64,000 nucleotides of DNA, from contig CASEFP010000120.1 in NCBI GenBank assembly GCA_949287225.1, positions 265 to 64,264 on the forward strand, in the 5' to 3' direction. Positions within the stretch are counted from its first letter, which is position 1; the number at the start of each line of letters is the position of its first letter. A model generated the notes under the pieces. The model was not told the origin of the DNA. It ran no database searches and saw only the letters and a program-made list of their open reading frames with translations. The DNA is from an uncultured Lentisphaeria bacterium. GTDB lineage: Bacteria; Verrucomicrobiota; Lentisphaeria; Victivallales; UBA1829. A program made the translations under genes and the position numbers. Below, piece by piece: positions 1 through 7,416 of the stretch.

Positions 1-227
1 TAATCCCGGAAACGGCCCTTTGCCGGATCGTATTCAAAACGGCTGCTGCTGCTGAAGATGGACAGCATCACATTCTGAACTAGATCATCCAGCGAATCTT
101 CGTCTATTCCGCAGTCCTTTCCATGGAGACGGATCAGGGGCGCGTAGATTTCAAAAAAGCGGTGCCATGCTTCACTTTTTCCGTCCCGGAGGTTCCGGAT
201 GACACTGGGATGCGTTGTAAAACTCAA
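1..227 (-). CDS. Sigma-70/ECF-type RNA polymerase sigma factor, N-terminal part (gene runs off the window start)
   Basis: The minus-strand reading of 1-227 is open. It gives (L)SFTTHPSVIRNLRDGKSEAWHRFFEIYAPLIRLHGKDCGIDEDSLDDLVQNVMLSIFSSSSRFEYDPAKGRFRDY, which has the region-2 pattern of ECF sigma factors. It is not in the ORF track. The start is uncertain (TTG 225-227; no in-frame ATG). Confidence 0.55.
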   Translation of the reverse strand, partial: MSFTTHPSVIRNLRDGKSEAWHRFFEIYAPLIRLHGKDCGIDEDSLDDLVQNVMLSIFSSSSRFEYDPAKGRFRD

Positions 228-485
228 TTTTGAAAAACTCCGCTCAAAAAGAATCGATTTTTTATTCTTTCCTTTAATATATGGCCCGGAGCGCTTAAAT
301 CAAGCAGATATTGCGGATTTTAAGGGTTTTATTACAAAATAAATTAATCTTGTTTTTTTATTATAAACATAATATTTTATATTTTAATAAAATTTATGTT
401 TATAAACATAATCAATAAAAAACTCTTCTGGGTATTCCTGAAAAAGAGAGGAGATTATGAGGCGGAATCCGGCGGAGCGGTAAGT

Positions 486-2033
486 TCATTCGCCCGGCTT
501 GCGGCGATACCATTCGGGCGTGATGCCGTAACTGTTGATCTTGTAGTGAATGACGCGCGGAGAGAGGTCGAGGTTGCGCGCGGCGGCGGACATGTTGCCG
601 CGGTTTTTCTTCAGGGCTTCGACGATCAGCTCCCGTTCAAACGATTCGACCATCGTGTTGAAGGAGGCTTTCCCTTCCGGGAGAAGCTCGTATCCGGCCT
701 CTTTGCCGGTCTGCAGCGACGGCGGCAGATTGTAGCCGTGAATGCAGTCGTCCGAGGCGGTCAGCACCGCGCGTTCGATGCAGTTCTCCAGTTCGCGCAC
801 ATTCCCCGGCCAGTGATATGCCATCAGCATGTTGACCGCCGGCGTGGAGAGGCGCTTGACCTGTTTGCCGTAGCGCAGATTGTGCTTGGCGATGAAATGC
901 TCCGCAAGAAGAATAATGTCGCTTCTGCGTTTGGAAAGATCCGGCAGGAGAATCGGAAAGATGTTCAGGCGGTAATACAGGTCCTCGCGGAATTTTCCCT
1001 CGGCCATCAGCTGTTCCAGATTCCTGCTCGTCGCCGCCAGAAGCCGGACATCGGTCCGGATCTCCTCGTTGCTCCCGATCCTGGAAAAGGTGCGCTCCTG
1101 AATGAAGCGCAGGAGCTTGACCTGGACGGGAAGGCTCAGGTCGCCGATCTCGTCCAGAAAAAGCGTGCCGCCGTCCGCCGCTTCGGCGCGGCCGATTCTT
1201 CGGCTGACCGCTCCCGTGAATGCGCCCTTTTCATGGCCGAAGAGTTCGCTTTCGACCAGATTTTCCGGCAGGGCGGCGCAGTTCAGCGTGACGAACGGCT
1301 TGCCGGATCGCGCGCTCAGCTGCCGGATCGCCTTGGCGACCAGTTCCTTGCCGGTTCCGGAGCTTCCCCGGATCAGCACCGTCGCGTTGCTGGGGGCAAC
1401 CTGGCGGATCAGTGCGTAGATATGCTGCATCGCACGGCAGTTGCCGATGAGTTCACCCGGATTGCCGCCCTCGGTGAGCGCCTCGCGCAGACGTCTGTTT
1501 TCCGCAAGCAGACTCTCGCGCTCCTCGCGTTCCTGATGGTAGACCGCGACCGCGTCGGCCATCAGGTTGCCGATGATCTCCAGAAGTTTCAGGTCCTCGT
1601 CAAGTTCAACGCCTGGCACTACCTTGCGGTCGATGCCGAGCGTGGCGATCACGCGTTCATCCTGAATGACCGGGACGCAGAGGAAGGCGACCGGATTGCT
1701 GTCCAGCTGATGTTTCCCCGTGCGGCTCAGAAAGCGCTTGTCTTTCGAGATGTCCGGCACCAGACAGGGCTCGCCCGTTTCCGCGACGTGCCCCGTGATT
1801 CCTTCGCCGAGTCGGTAGCGCCCGCGCTTCTTCTCGTTTTCGTCGAGTCCCTGTGAGGCTTCGATGATGAAGAGATCTCCCTGGCGGAGCGTGAAGGTGC
1901 CGCGCACCATGCCCATCTTCCGGTTCAGGATGTCGAGCACCTTGTCGAGCAGGCAGCTGACGTTCCGCTCATGGACGACGGCGGAACTGATCTCCTGCAG
2001 AACGGCGATTTCGGTTTTCAGCTGATCGGACAT
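486..2033 (-). CDS. Sigma-54-dependent transcriptional activator (GAF sensor - AAA+ - Fis-type HTH; NifA-like architecture)
   Basis: ORF 486..2114. It has a GAF-like N-terminus (GEGITGHVAETGEP), a Walker A (GSSGTGKE), the sigma-54 contact motif GAFTGA (EKGAFTGA) and a C-terminal HTH (GNMSAAARNLDLSPRVIHYKI). I set the start at MSDQLKTE (ATG 2033), so the gene does not overlap the upstream gene. Confidence 0.9.
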   Translation of the reverse strand: MSDQLKTEIAVLQEISSAVVHERNVSCLLDKVLDILNRKMGMVRGTFTLRQGDLFIIEASQGLDENEKKRGRYRLGEGITGHVAETGEPCLVPDISKDKRFLSRTGKHQLDSNPVAFLCVPVIQDERVIATLGIDRKVVPGVELDEDLKLLEIIGNLMADAVAVYHQEREERESLLAENRRLREALTEGGNPGELIGNCRAMQHIYALIRQVAPSNATVLIRGSSGTGKELVAKAIRQLSARSGKPFVTLNCAALPENLVESELFGHEKGAFTGAVSRRIGRAEAADGGTLFLDEIGDLSLPVQVKLLRFIQERTFSRIGSNEEIRTDVRLLAATSRNLEQLMAEGKFREDLYYRLNIFPILLPDLSKRRSDIILLAEHFIAKHNLRYGKQVKRLSTPAVNMLMAYHWPGNVRELENCIERAVLTASDDCIHGYNLPPSLQTGKEAGYELLPEGKASFNTMVESFERELIVEALKKNRGNMSAAARNLDLSPRVIHYKINSYGITPEWYRRKPGE

Positions 2034-2055
2034 GAGGCGTCTCCTGGCGTGTGCA

Positions 2056-2355
2056 TCAGAACAGCAGAAGTTTGCACAGCTGTGCAACGAGAACTGCCCC
2101 CGCCGCCATCGCAAGCGAGTCCGGCAGCAGCGGCGAGTGCGTCAGCTTCGCCAGACAGCGGAAGGCGAAGAAGCCCGCGACCAGCCAGCCGATCCACGGA
2201 ATCATCAGAAAGACCGTGCAGAAAAGCCCGAGGGCGATCGAAACGGAGAGCGTCGAGCGCACGCGGACGTTCGCCAGAAACATCGCCGTGTTCAGCGCCG
2301 CCGCCATGACGGCGAGCAGAATCAGAAAACGGATGACGATCCATGCAGAATCCAT
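2056..2355 (-). CDS. Small integral membrane protein (about 3 TM), unknown function
   Basis: ORF 2056..2364. The protein is hydrophobic throughout (WIVIRFLILLAVMAAAL..., IALGLFCTVFLMIPWIGWLVAGFFAF). The ATG at 2355 (MDSAW) is preceded by GGAGG about 8 nt upstream. It sits 22 nt upstream of the sigma-54 activator on the same strand. Confidence 0.5.
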   Translation of the reverse strand: MDSAWIVIRFLILLAVMAAALNTAMFLANVRVRSTLSVSIALGLFCTVFLMIPWIGWLVAGFFAFRCLAKLTHSPLLPDSLAMAAGAVLVAQLCKLLLF

Positions 2356-2444
2356 TCCGGGCACCTCCGGTTTCCGCCGTTTTGATTTGTACTGTTCCCG
2401 CCGGAAACGGACTGTGCCCCGGCGGGAAAGATTTCCGTCAATGG

Positions 2445-3629
2445 TTATTTCGCCAGTTTTCCGCAGAAGCGGCCGATTCTCGCGGCGGCCTCGCGAATCG
2501 TCTCCTCGGAACAGGCGTAGGAAACGCGGAGACTGTGATCGTCCCCGAATGCCTTGCCGGGAACTCCGGCGACCTTCTCCTCGTCCAGCAGACGGTTGAC
2601 GAAGTCCGTTGAGTTCAGCCCGAAGCTCGACACGTCGAAGAAGAGATAGAACGCGCCGGAGGGACGGATGGTTTTGACTCCCGGAATCGCGGAGATCAGC
2701 GAGTAGATGAGGTCACGGCGTTTTGCGAACGCGCGCCGCATCTCCTCGACGGGCTCCTGCGGACCCGTCAGCGCCGCGAGCGCGCCGTACTGGGCGAAAC
2801 TCGTCGGGTTGGAGGTCGTGTGGCTCTGGAACGCGACAATCCGGTCCGCCAGCCATTTCGGCGCCGTGAGGTAGCCGAGCCGCCAGCCGGGCATCGAGTA
2901 GGCTTTGCTGAAGCCGTTGATCGTGATCGTGAGTTCATTCATCTCGGGCGAGACCGAGGCGATGCTCTTGTGCGGGAGTTCCGGATCGTAGACGAGCTTT
3001 TCATAGATCTCGTCCGACATGACCATGATGTTGTTCCGGAGCGCGATCTCCGCAATTTTCTCAATCGTGGAGACGCGGTAGACCGCGCCGGTCGGGTTCG
3101 ACGGCGAATTGAGGATCAGGAGTTTCGTGCGCGGTGTGATCGCAGACTGAAGGGCTTCGGGTTCCAGCTCGAAGTTGTTCTCCGCCTTGCAGTTGATGAT
3201 GACGGCGGTCGCTCCGGCGGCCTTGATCATTTCCGTGTAGCTGACCCAGTAGGGGGCGGGGACGATCACCTCGTCGCCGGGGCCGCAGAGGGTGCAGATT
3301 GTCGCGAATCCGCTGAATTTCGCACCGGGCGAAACGATGACCTTCGAGGGCTCCGTCTCGATTCCGTTGTCATTCCGGAATTTTTCGGCAATCGCTTTCT
3401 TTAGCGCGGGAATGCCGGAGGAGGGCGTATATTTTGTTTCGCCTTTCATCAAGGCGTCGATCGCGGCCTGCTTGATGTGCGCGGGCGTGTCGAAGTCGGG
3501 TTCGCCGGCTCCCATGGCACAGACGTTTTCTCCGGCGGCTTTCAGCGCCTTGGCCTTTGCCGCGATTGCAAGTGTTTCGGACGGGGAGAGGAACGCCATC
3601 GTTCCCTTTGTCGCCTTCAGATCGTTCAT
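2445..3629 (-). CDS. Class I/II PLP-dependent aminotransferase (aspartate aminotransferase-like)
   Basis: 394 aa. It contains GEPDFDTP, SPSNPTG and the PLP-lysine region NGFSKAYSMPGWRLGY, which are typical of AspC-type aminotransferases. Confidence 0.9.
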   Translation of the reverse strand: MNDLKATKGTMAFLSPSETLAIAAKAKALKAAGENVCAMGAGEPDFDTPAHIKQAAIDALMKGETKYTPSSGIPALKKAIAEKFRNDNGIETEPSKVIVSPGAKFSGFATICTLCGPGDEVIVPAPYWVSYTEMIKAAGATAVIINCKAENNFELEPEALQSAITPRTKLLILNSPSNPTGAVYRVSTIEKIAEIALRNNIMVMSDEIYEKLVYDPELPHKSIASVSPEMNELTITINGFSKAYSMPGWRLGYLTAPKWLADRIVAFQSHTTSNPTSFAQYGALAALTGPQEPVEEMRRAFAKRRDLIYSLISAIPGVKTIRPSGAFYLFFDVSSFGLNSTDFVNRLLDEEKVAGVPGKAFGDDHSLRVSYACSEETIREAAARIGRFCGKLAK

Positions 3630-3646
3630 TTCGCGTATCCCTTCCT

Positions 3647-4831
3647 TTATTGTTTCATCGTTGCCAGATGCGCGCGGATCAGCGACGCCATCGGGTTGTT
3701 CTGGATCTTGATAATTCTGGACTCCCGTTCAAAGCTTTCCTGCGAATCGGACGCATGCGCGGTGTTGACCATGACGTCGTGTCCGAATTCGCGGCGGATT
3801 GTGCCGCCCGGCGCCTTGGTCGGGTCGGTCGGGCCGAGCACGTTGCGGATCTTCTTCACCGCGTCGGGGCCCTCATAGATCAGGATCATGCACTTGACCT
3901 TGCCGGGACGGTTGAGCTCCTCGGAGGGGCACTCGTCGGGGCGGCGGCCGGACATGAATTCCACGATCTTGTTGAACTGGTCGTCCGCATAGTCGCGCCC
4001 GATGGAGTCGGTCAGCATCTGTTCGGATTCCGGACGGAGCTTGAGCCCGAACTCCTCGGAGAGGCGGTCGAAGGCCTTTTTGCCGATGATCGGAGCGAGT
4101 TTCTTGCGCAGCGCATTCTGAACCGGGCCGTAGAATTCCAGCGCCTCTGCCACGGACATCTGATAGATCTTGCATCCGACGATCCGCAGACCGGTGCGGC
4201 TGAGCATGTCGATGATGTTGCCGGGCTTTACGCTTGGACAACGCCAGTTGTCAGGCTTGATGATGACAAGCGTGCGTTCGCTGTTGGGCTCCTGATGGGT
4301 TGTGTTGGTCACAATGTTCTCGCTGGCCTCGGCAAAGTCTGCGAGCATTCCGAGCCGTTCCTCGCAGGCGTCGGAGAGCGGCGGCGTGAAGACCGCGGGC
4401 TCAAAATAGTTGAGCGAACCGTCGCGGTTGAAGACCAGGTCGGCGTAGGTGTCGCGGATGGTTTCGCCGATGATGTTGGTCTTGCGGTTCTTCGCGTTCG
4501 GGAGCTGGCCGACGACGGCGGAGAGCTTGGCGCAGGCGTCCTCGCCCTTGAAGAGAAGCATCAGGACGCGTTCGCGTGAGCCGTCCGGGAGCGGGGAGAG
4601 GTTGTCAAGCATGTAGTCGCTGAAGAGTTTCGCCGCGAATTCGTCGCGTTTTCCGACATGTTTCCTCATGGAGGCCGCATAGGTTTCCGCGAATTCGCGG
4701 GAGGGCGTGAGCATCTGGGCGCCGACGAGGTCGAGGTCCGTCCGGGAGAGCAGGCGCGCGAGAATGCCGCCGGTACGGGATTTCATGAGCGAGTAGGGGG
4801 TGATCAGAACGAACGAGAGTTCCACTGCCAT
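3647..4831 (-). CDS. Tandem nucleoside-diphosphate-kinase-like protein (degenerate N-terminal NDK-like half plus C-terminal NDK domain with an insertion)
   Basis: ORF 3647..4894. The start is taken at MAVELSF (ATG 4831), which is preceded by AGGAG. The C-terminal half has TLVIIKPD, GPTDPTKAPGGTIRREFG and NTAHASDS (the catalytic His motif). The N-terminal half starts NDK-like (SFVLITPYSL...GGILARLL) but has no N-x-x-H-x-S-D motif. Confidence 0.8.
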   Translation of the reverse strand: MAVELSFVLITPYSLMKSRTGGILARLLSRTDLDLVGAQMLTPSREFAETYAASMRKHVGKRDEFAAKLFSDYMLDNLSPLPDGSRERVLMLLFKGEDACAKLSAVVGQLPNAKNRKTNIIGETIRDTYADLVFNRDGSLNYFEPAVFTPPLSDACEERLGMLADFAEASENIVTNTTHQEPNSERTLVIIKPDNWRCPSVKPGNIIDMLSRTGLRIVGCKIYQMSVAEALEFYGPVQNALRKKLAPIIGKKAFDRLSEEFGLKLRPESEQMLTDSIGRDYADDQFNKIVEFMSGRRPDECPSEELNRPGKVKCMILIYEGPDAVKKIRNVLGPTDPTKAPGGTIRREFGHDVMVNTAHASDSQESFERESRIIKIQNNPMASLIRAHLATMKQ

Positions 4832-5026
4832 AGTAACAAATTTCTCCTCTTTAATTTGTTGATCCTGGTAATTTACCACAAAAATCCTGTACAATCAAGC
4901 CCGCTTTGCATATTCTTGCCTTTTTTGCCTCTCCCAAAAGCCGGATGGAGCCGTTTTATCTGTCGGCGTCGTTTTGCTCCCGACAGTTCCCGGACGGGAA
5001 AAAACAGTTTTTTCCGATTCCCCCCC

Positions 5027-5055
5027 TTGACGATTCCATGGTTTCCGATTATAAT
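5027..5055 (+). promoter_or_regulatory. Putative sigma-70 promoter of the GntR-family regulator gene
   Basis: TTGACG (5027-5032), then a 17-nt spacer, then TATAAT (5050-5055). It lies 48 nt upstream of the ATG at 5103. Confidence 0.45.
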
Positions 5056-5057
5056 AG

Positions 5058-5084
5058 ATATTACAGAAATTACAGATATTACAA
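5058..5084 (+). promoter_or_regulatory. Three direct 9-bp repeats (ATATTACAG / AAATTACAG / ATATTACAA), candidate operator
   Basis: ATTACA occurs at 5060, 5069 and 5078, a 9-bp period. The repeats lie immediately downstream of the -10 box and upstream of the GntR-family gene start. Confidence 0.3.
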
Positions 5085-5102
5085 TTTTGAAAGACGATTT
5101 TA

Positions 5103-6110
5103 ATGCAGTTGTCAAAAACACGACTGGTGTTGAATGCGCTGGAAAAGCGGATCCGCTCAGGGCGGTATGCGCCCGGAGAAAAACTGCCGAGCATGCGTGA
5201 ACTGGCAAAAGGATTTCAGGTCAGCACGATGGTCATGCAGCAGGCGGCTGCCGCGCTGGAAGAGAAGGGTCTCCTGCTGCGGAGCTCCAAGTGCGGGCTT
5301 TTCATTCCTCCGGAGATGGAACGGACGAATCGCCTTGTATTCGGTGTATTGACCTCGATTGCACCGCAGAACATGGATTTTTATTATGAGGGGTTGTTTG
5401 CCAGCGTGAATGCAGTCGGCGGCGTCGTGATTCCGGTTCTGATGGGACAGGAGAATGATGTGAAGAACATGCTGGCGCAGAATCCGTCGAAGGTGCTGGT
5501 GGATCTGGAGGGGGCCTGCTATGATCTCGCGCAGGTCAATGCGCTGCTTCGCGATGTCCCCGTCATCTTTTTCAACCGTTACGAATGGATGACGCCGCTT
5601 CCGGAATCGGCGGTGCTGATCGACCGCGTTGCCCAGACGGTCGATACGCTGCATCATTTTCTGGAGCGCGGACACAAACGGATTCTTTTTCTCGGACATC
5701 ATCCGCAGCCGCGCCCCTACAAACAGTATGAACTGGAAAAAGCGGCGGAAACGGTCGGGCTGAAATTTCCGAGTCCCGAATTTCAATATGTCTGTTTCGA
5801 TGAATTCGATACGAACCCGGGACATGTCGCACAGGTTTTCCGGAAGGAGCCTCCGACTGCTGTTTTTTCACGGAGCGATATCAATCTCTTCCGTTTTATG
5901 CAGAAGATCCGCGCTTTTTATCCGGAATCTGCCGATGCCGAGCTGATCGGATGCTACAATACGAAGTCATCCCAGATTCCCCAGCATGAATTTTCCTCCT
6001 ATGACATGGGATGGCGGAGTGTGTGGGAGACGGCGATCCGCAAGAAAACACCCGGAATTGAATGGTGCGTTCCGAAACTGATTCTGCGCGATAAAACAAA
6101 ACTCTATTAA
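5103..6110 (+). CDS. GntR-type HTH transcriptional regulator with a LacI/PBP1-like sugar-binding domain
   Basis: 335 aa. The N-terminal winged helix has the GntR signature (GEKLPSMRELAKGFQVSTMVMQQAAAALEEKGLL). A periplasmic-binding-protein-like effector domain follows. Confidence 0.85.
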   Translation: MQLSKTRLVLNALEKRIRSGRYAPGEKLPSMRELAKGFQVSTMVMQQAAAALEEKGLLLRSSKCGLFIPPEMERTNRLVFGVLTSIAPQNMDFYYEGLFASVNAVGGVVIPVLMGQENDVKNMLAQNPSKVLVDLEGACYDLAQVNALLRDVPVIFFNRYEWMTPLPESAVLIDRVAQTVDTLHHFLERGHKRILFLGHHPQPRPYKQYELEKAAETVGLKFPSPEFQYVCFDEFDTNPGHVAQVFRKEPPTAVFSRSDINLFRFMQKIRAFYPESADAELIGCYNTKSSQIPQHEFSSYDMGWRSVWETAIRKKTPGIEWCVPKLILRDKTKLY

Positions 6111-6134
6111 TATTTTTTGAGAAAGGATACGGCA

Positions 6135-6872
6135 ATGAAGTATGACAATCGGAAAAGATTCCATGCACAAAAGGATCGATTCACACTGATCGAACTTCTT
6201 ATTGTGATTGCGGTCATCGCGATTCTGGCGGCATTGCTTCTGCCCGCCCTGGGCAAGGCGCGGCAGGCGGCGCGGAACAGTGTCTGCAAGAGCCAGCTCA
6301 AACAGATCGGCACCAGCCTGGTGCTGTATGCCTCCGATTATGGCGATTATTTTCCATACACGGGAGGAAAAAACTATATGGAGGGAATCCGTCCTTACCT
6401 GAATGCGCCTGAGGTCGTTCACCAGAATACCCGGACCATCTTCGCCTGTCCGTCCGATTTGAAGCCGCATAACGGGCCGACATGCAGTTATGCCGCCAAC
6501 GGGGGATATTCCTGGGCGTGGGGTGATCCTTTTTATTACGGAATGACCTGGAGTGCAAGTGCTGCTGATTACGGAAGCAGAAAATTTGCCGAGGTGCAGA
6601 TGCCTTCGCACACGTATGCGGTTGTTGAAATCTGGCTTTTCCAGAACCGTCTTTACAATTCCGGCGCCGCAGCGGCATTTGTCACATCCGTCTTTGCCGC
6701 ATTGAATTATGATGTGCCCGGACAGGCGACCACGCATAATGACTACCACAACCGGAGGCTGAATATGTTGTTTGCCGACATGCATGTCGCCGACCTGCTT
6801 CATCCGGGGATCATGGACAGCGTCAAGGGCACTGCGACCGATGCCTACTGGTTCTATATCCGGAAACCCTGA
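6135..6872 (+). CDS. Prepilin-type N-terminal domain protein of the H-X9-DG (DUF1559-like) family
   Basis: ORF 6117..6872 starts with TTG in the track. The ATG at 6135 is preceded by AAAGGA. It has the motif [24 protein letters not shown] and the C-terminal motif [12 protein letters not shown]. The residue before the F is Arg, not Gly. Confidence 0.85.
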   Translation: MKYDNRKRFHAQKDRFTLIELLIVIAVIAILAALLLPALGKARQAARNSVCKSQLKQIGTSLVLYASDYGDYFPYTGGKNYMEGIRPYLNAPEVVHQNTRTIFACPSDLKPHNGPTCSYAANGGYSWAWGDPFYYGMTWSASAADYGSRKFAEVQMPSHTYAVVEIWLFQNRLYNSGAAAAFVTSVFAALNYDVPGQATTHNDYHNRRLNMLFADMHVADLLHPGIMDSVKGTATDAYWFYIRKP

Positions 6873-6890
6873 GGCGGGGAGAGAATTGAA

Positions 6891-7409
6891 ATGAAGTTTT
6901 TTGCTTTTGCCATGATGCTTTGCTGCGTCTCACTGCCTGGAGCGGAAATTCCGCTGGACTCTTCATTTACGGCGCTCTCCGCACCGCAGGACGCGCCGGT
7001 GAACTGGACTCGAGAGTTCGGGCATCAGGGGGGATTCGGAATCTGCCGGATTCTTTCCGGAACACCGTGCAATATGCTGCAGGTGCTCACGTTTGCGAAG
7101 CTGACGAATTTCTATTACAAGGACATGTTCAAGGTTGTCCCGGGGGATCGTGTGACGCTTGAGGCGGAAGTCTGCGGCGAAGGCGGTTTCTGCATGACGC
7201 TTTATCTCTATGACAGCAGCTATATCACGGCACTGCCCCGCAGAATAACCGAGTTGAATGACTGGAACTTCCGGAAAATAAAATATGAATTTGACATTGG
7301 CAGGCGATTTCAGGGACGGACGCCGAAAATTGCAAGAGTTGTGTTCTGCATCGCACCCGAATCTCTGATTACCGTCCGCAGCATCAAAGGCATTGTAAAT
7401 GAAAAGTGA
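6891..7409 (+). CDS. Secreted hypothetical protein (beta-rich, possibly a carbohydrate-binding-module-like fold)
   Basis: 172 aa with an N-terminal signal peptide (MKFFAFAMMLCCVSLPGAEI). It lies between the prepilin-like gene and the DUF4838-type gene on the same strand with short gaps. I recognise no family motif. Confidence 0.65.
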   Translation: MKFFAFAMMLCCVSLPGAEIPLDSSFTALSAPQDAPVNWTREFGHQGGFGICRILSGTPCNMLQVLTFAKLTNFYYKDMFKVVPGDRVTLEAEVCGEGGFCMTLYLYDSSYITALPRRITELNDWNFRKIKYEFDIGRRFQGRTPKIARVVFCIAPESLITVRSIKGIVNEK

Positions 7410-7416
7410 ACACCAT

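Noticed and set aside
396-1856. 486-aa plus-strand ORF
   Set aside because: It is entirely antisense to the well-supported sigma-54 activator. The product is Arg/Ala/Gly/Asp-rich low complexity without motifs. This is a typical stop-free shadow frame in GC-rich coding DNA.
2398-2419. Sigma-54 promoter-like sequence (GGGCAC-N6-TTTC, minus strand) upstream of the small membrane protein / sigma-54 activator pair
   Set aside because: The -12 element (TTTC instead of TTGC) and the spacing deviate from the TGGCAC-N5-TTGC consensus. This is too weak to call without data.
2018-2599. Stack of overlapping 100-180-aa ORFs on both strands around 2018-2599
   Set aside because: Only the hydrophobic 99-aa minus-strand ORF (2056..2355) has an RBS and a protein-like sequence. 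The others are Arg/Pro/Ser-rich shadows overlapping it, or overlapping the ends of the flanking genes.
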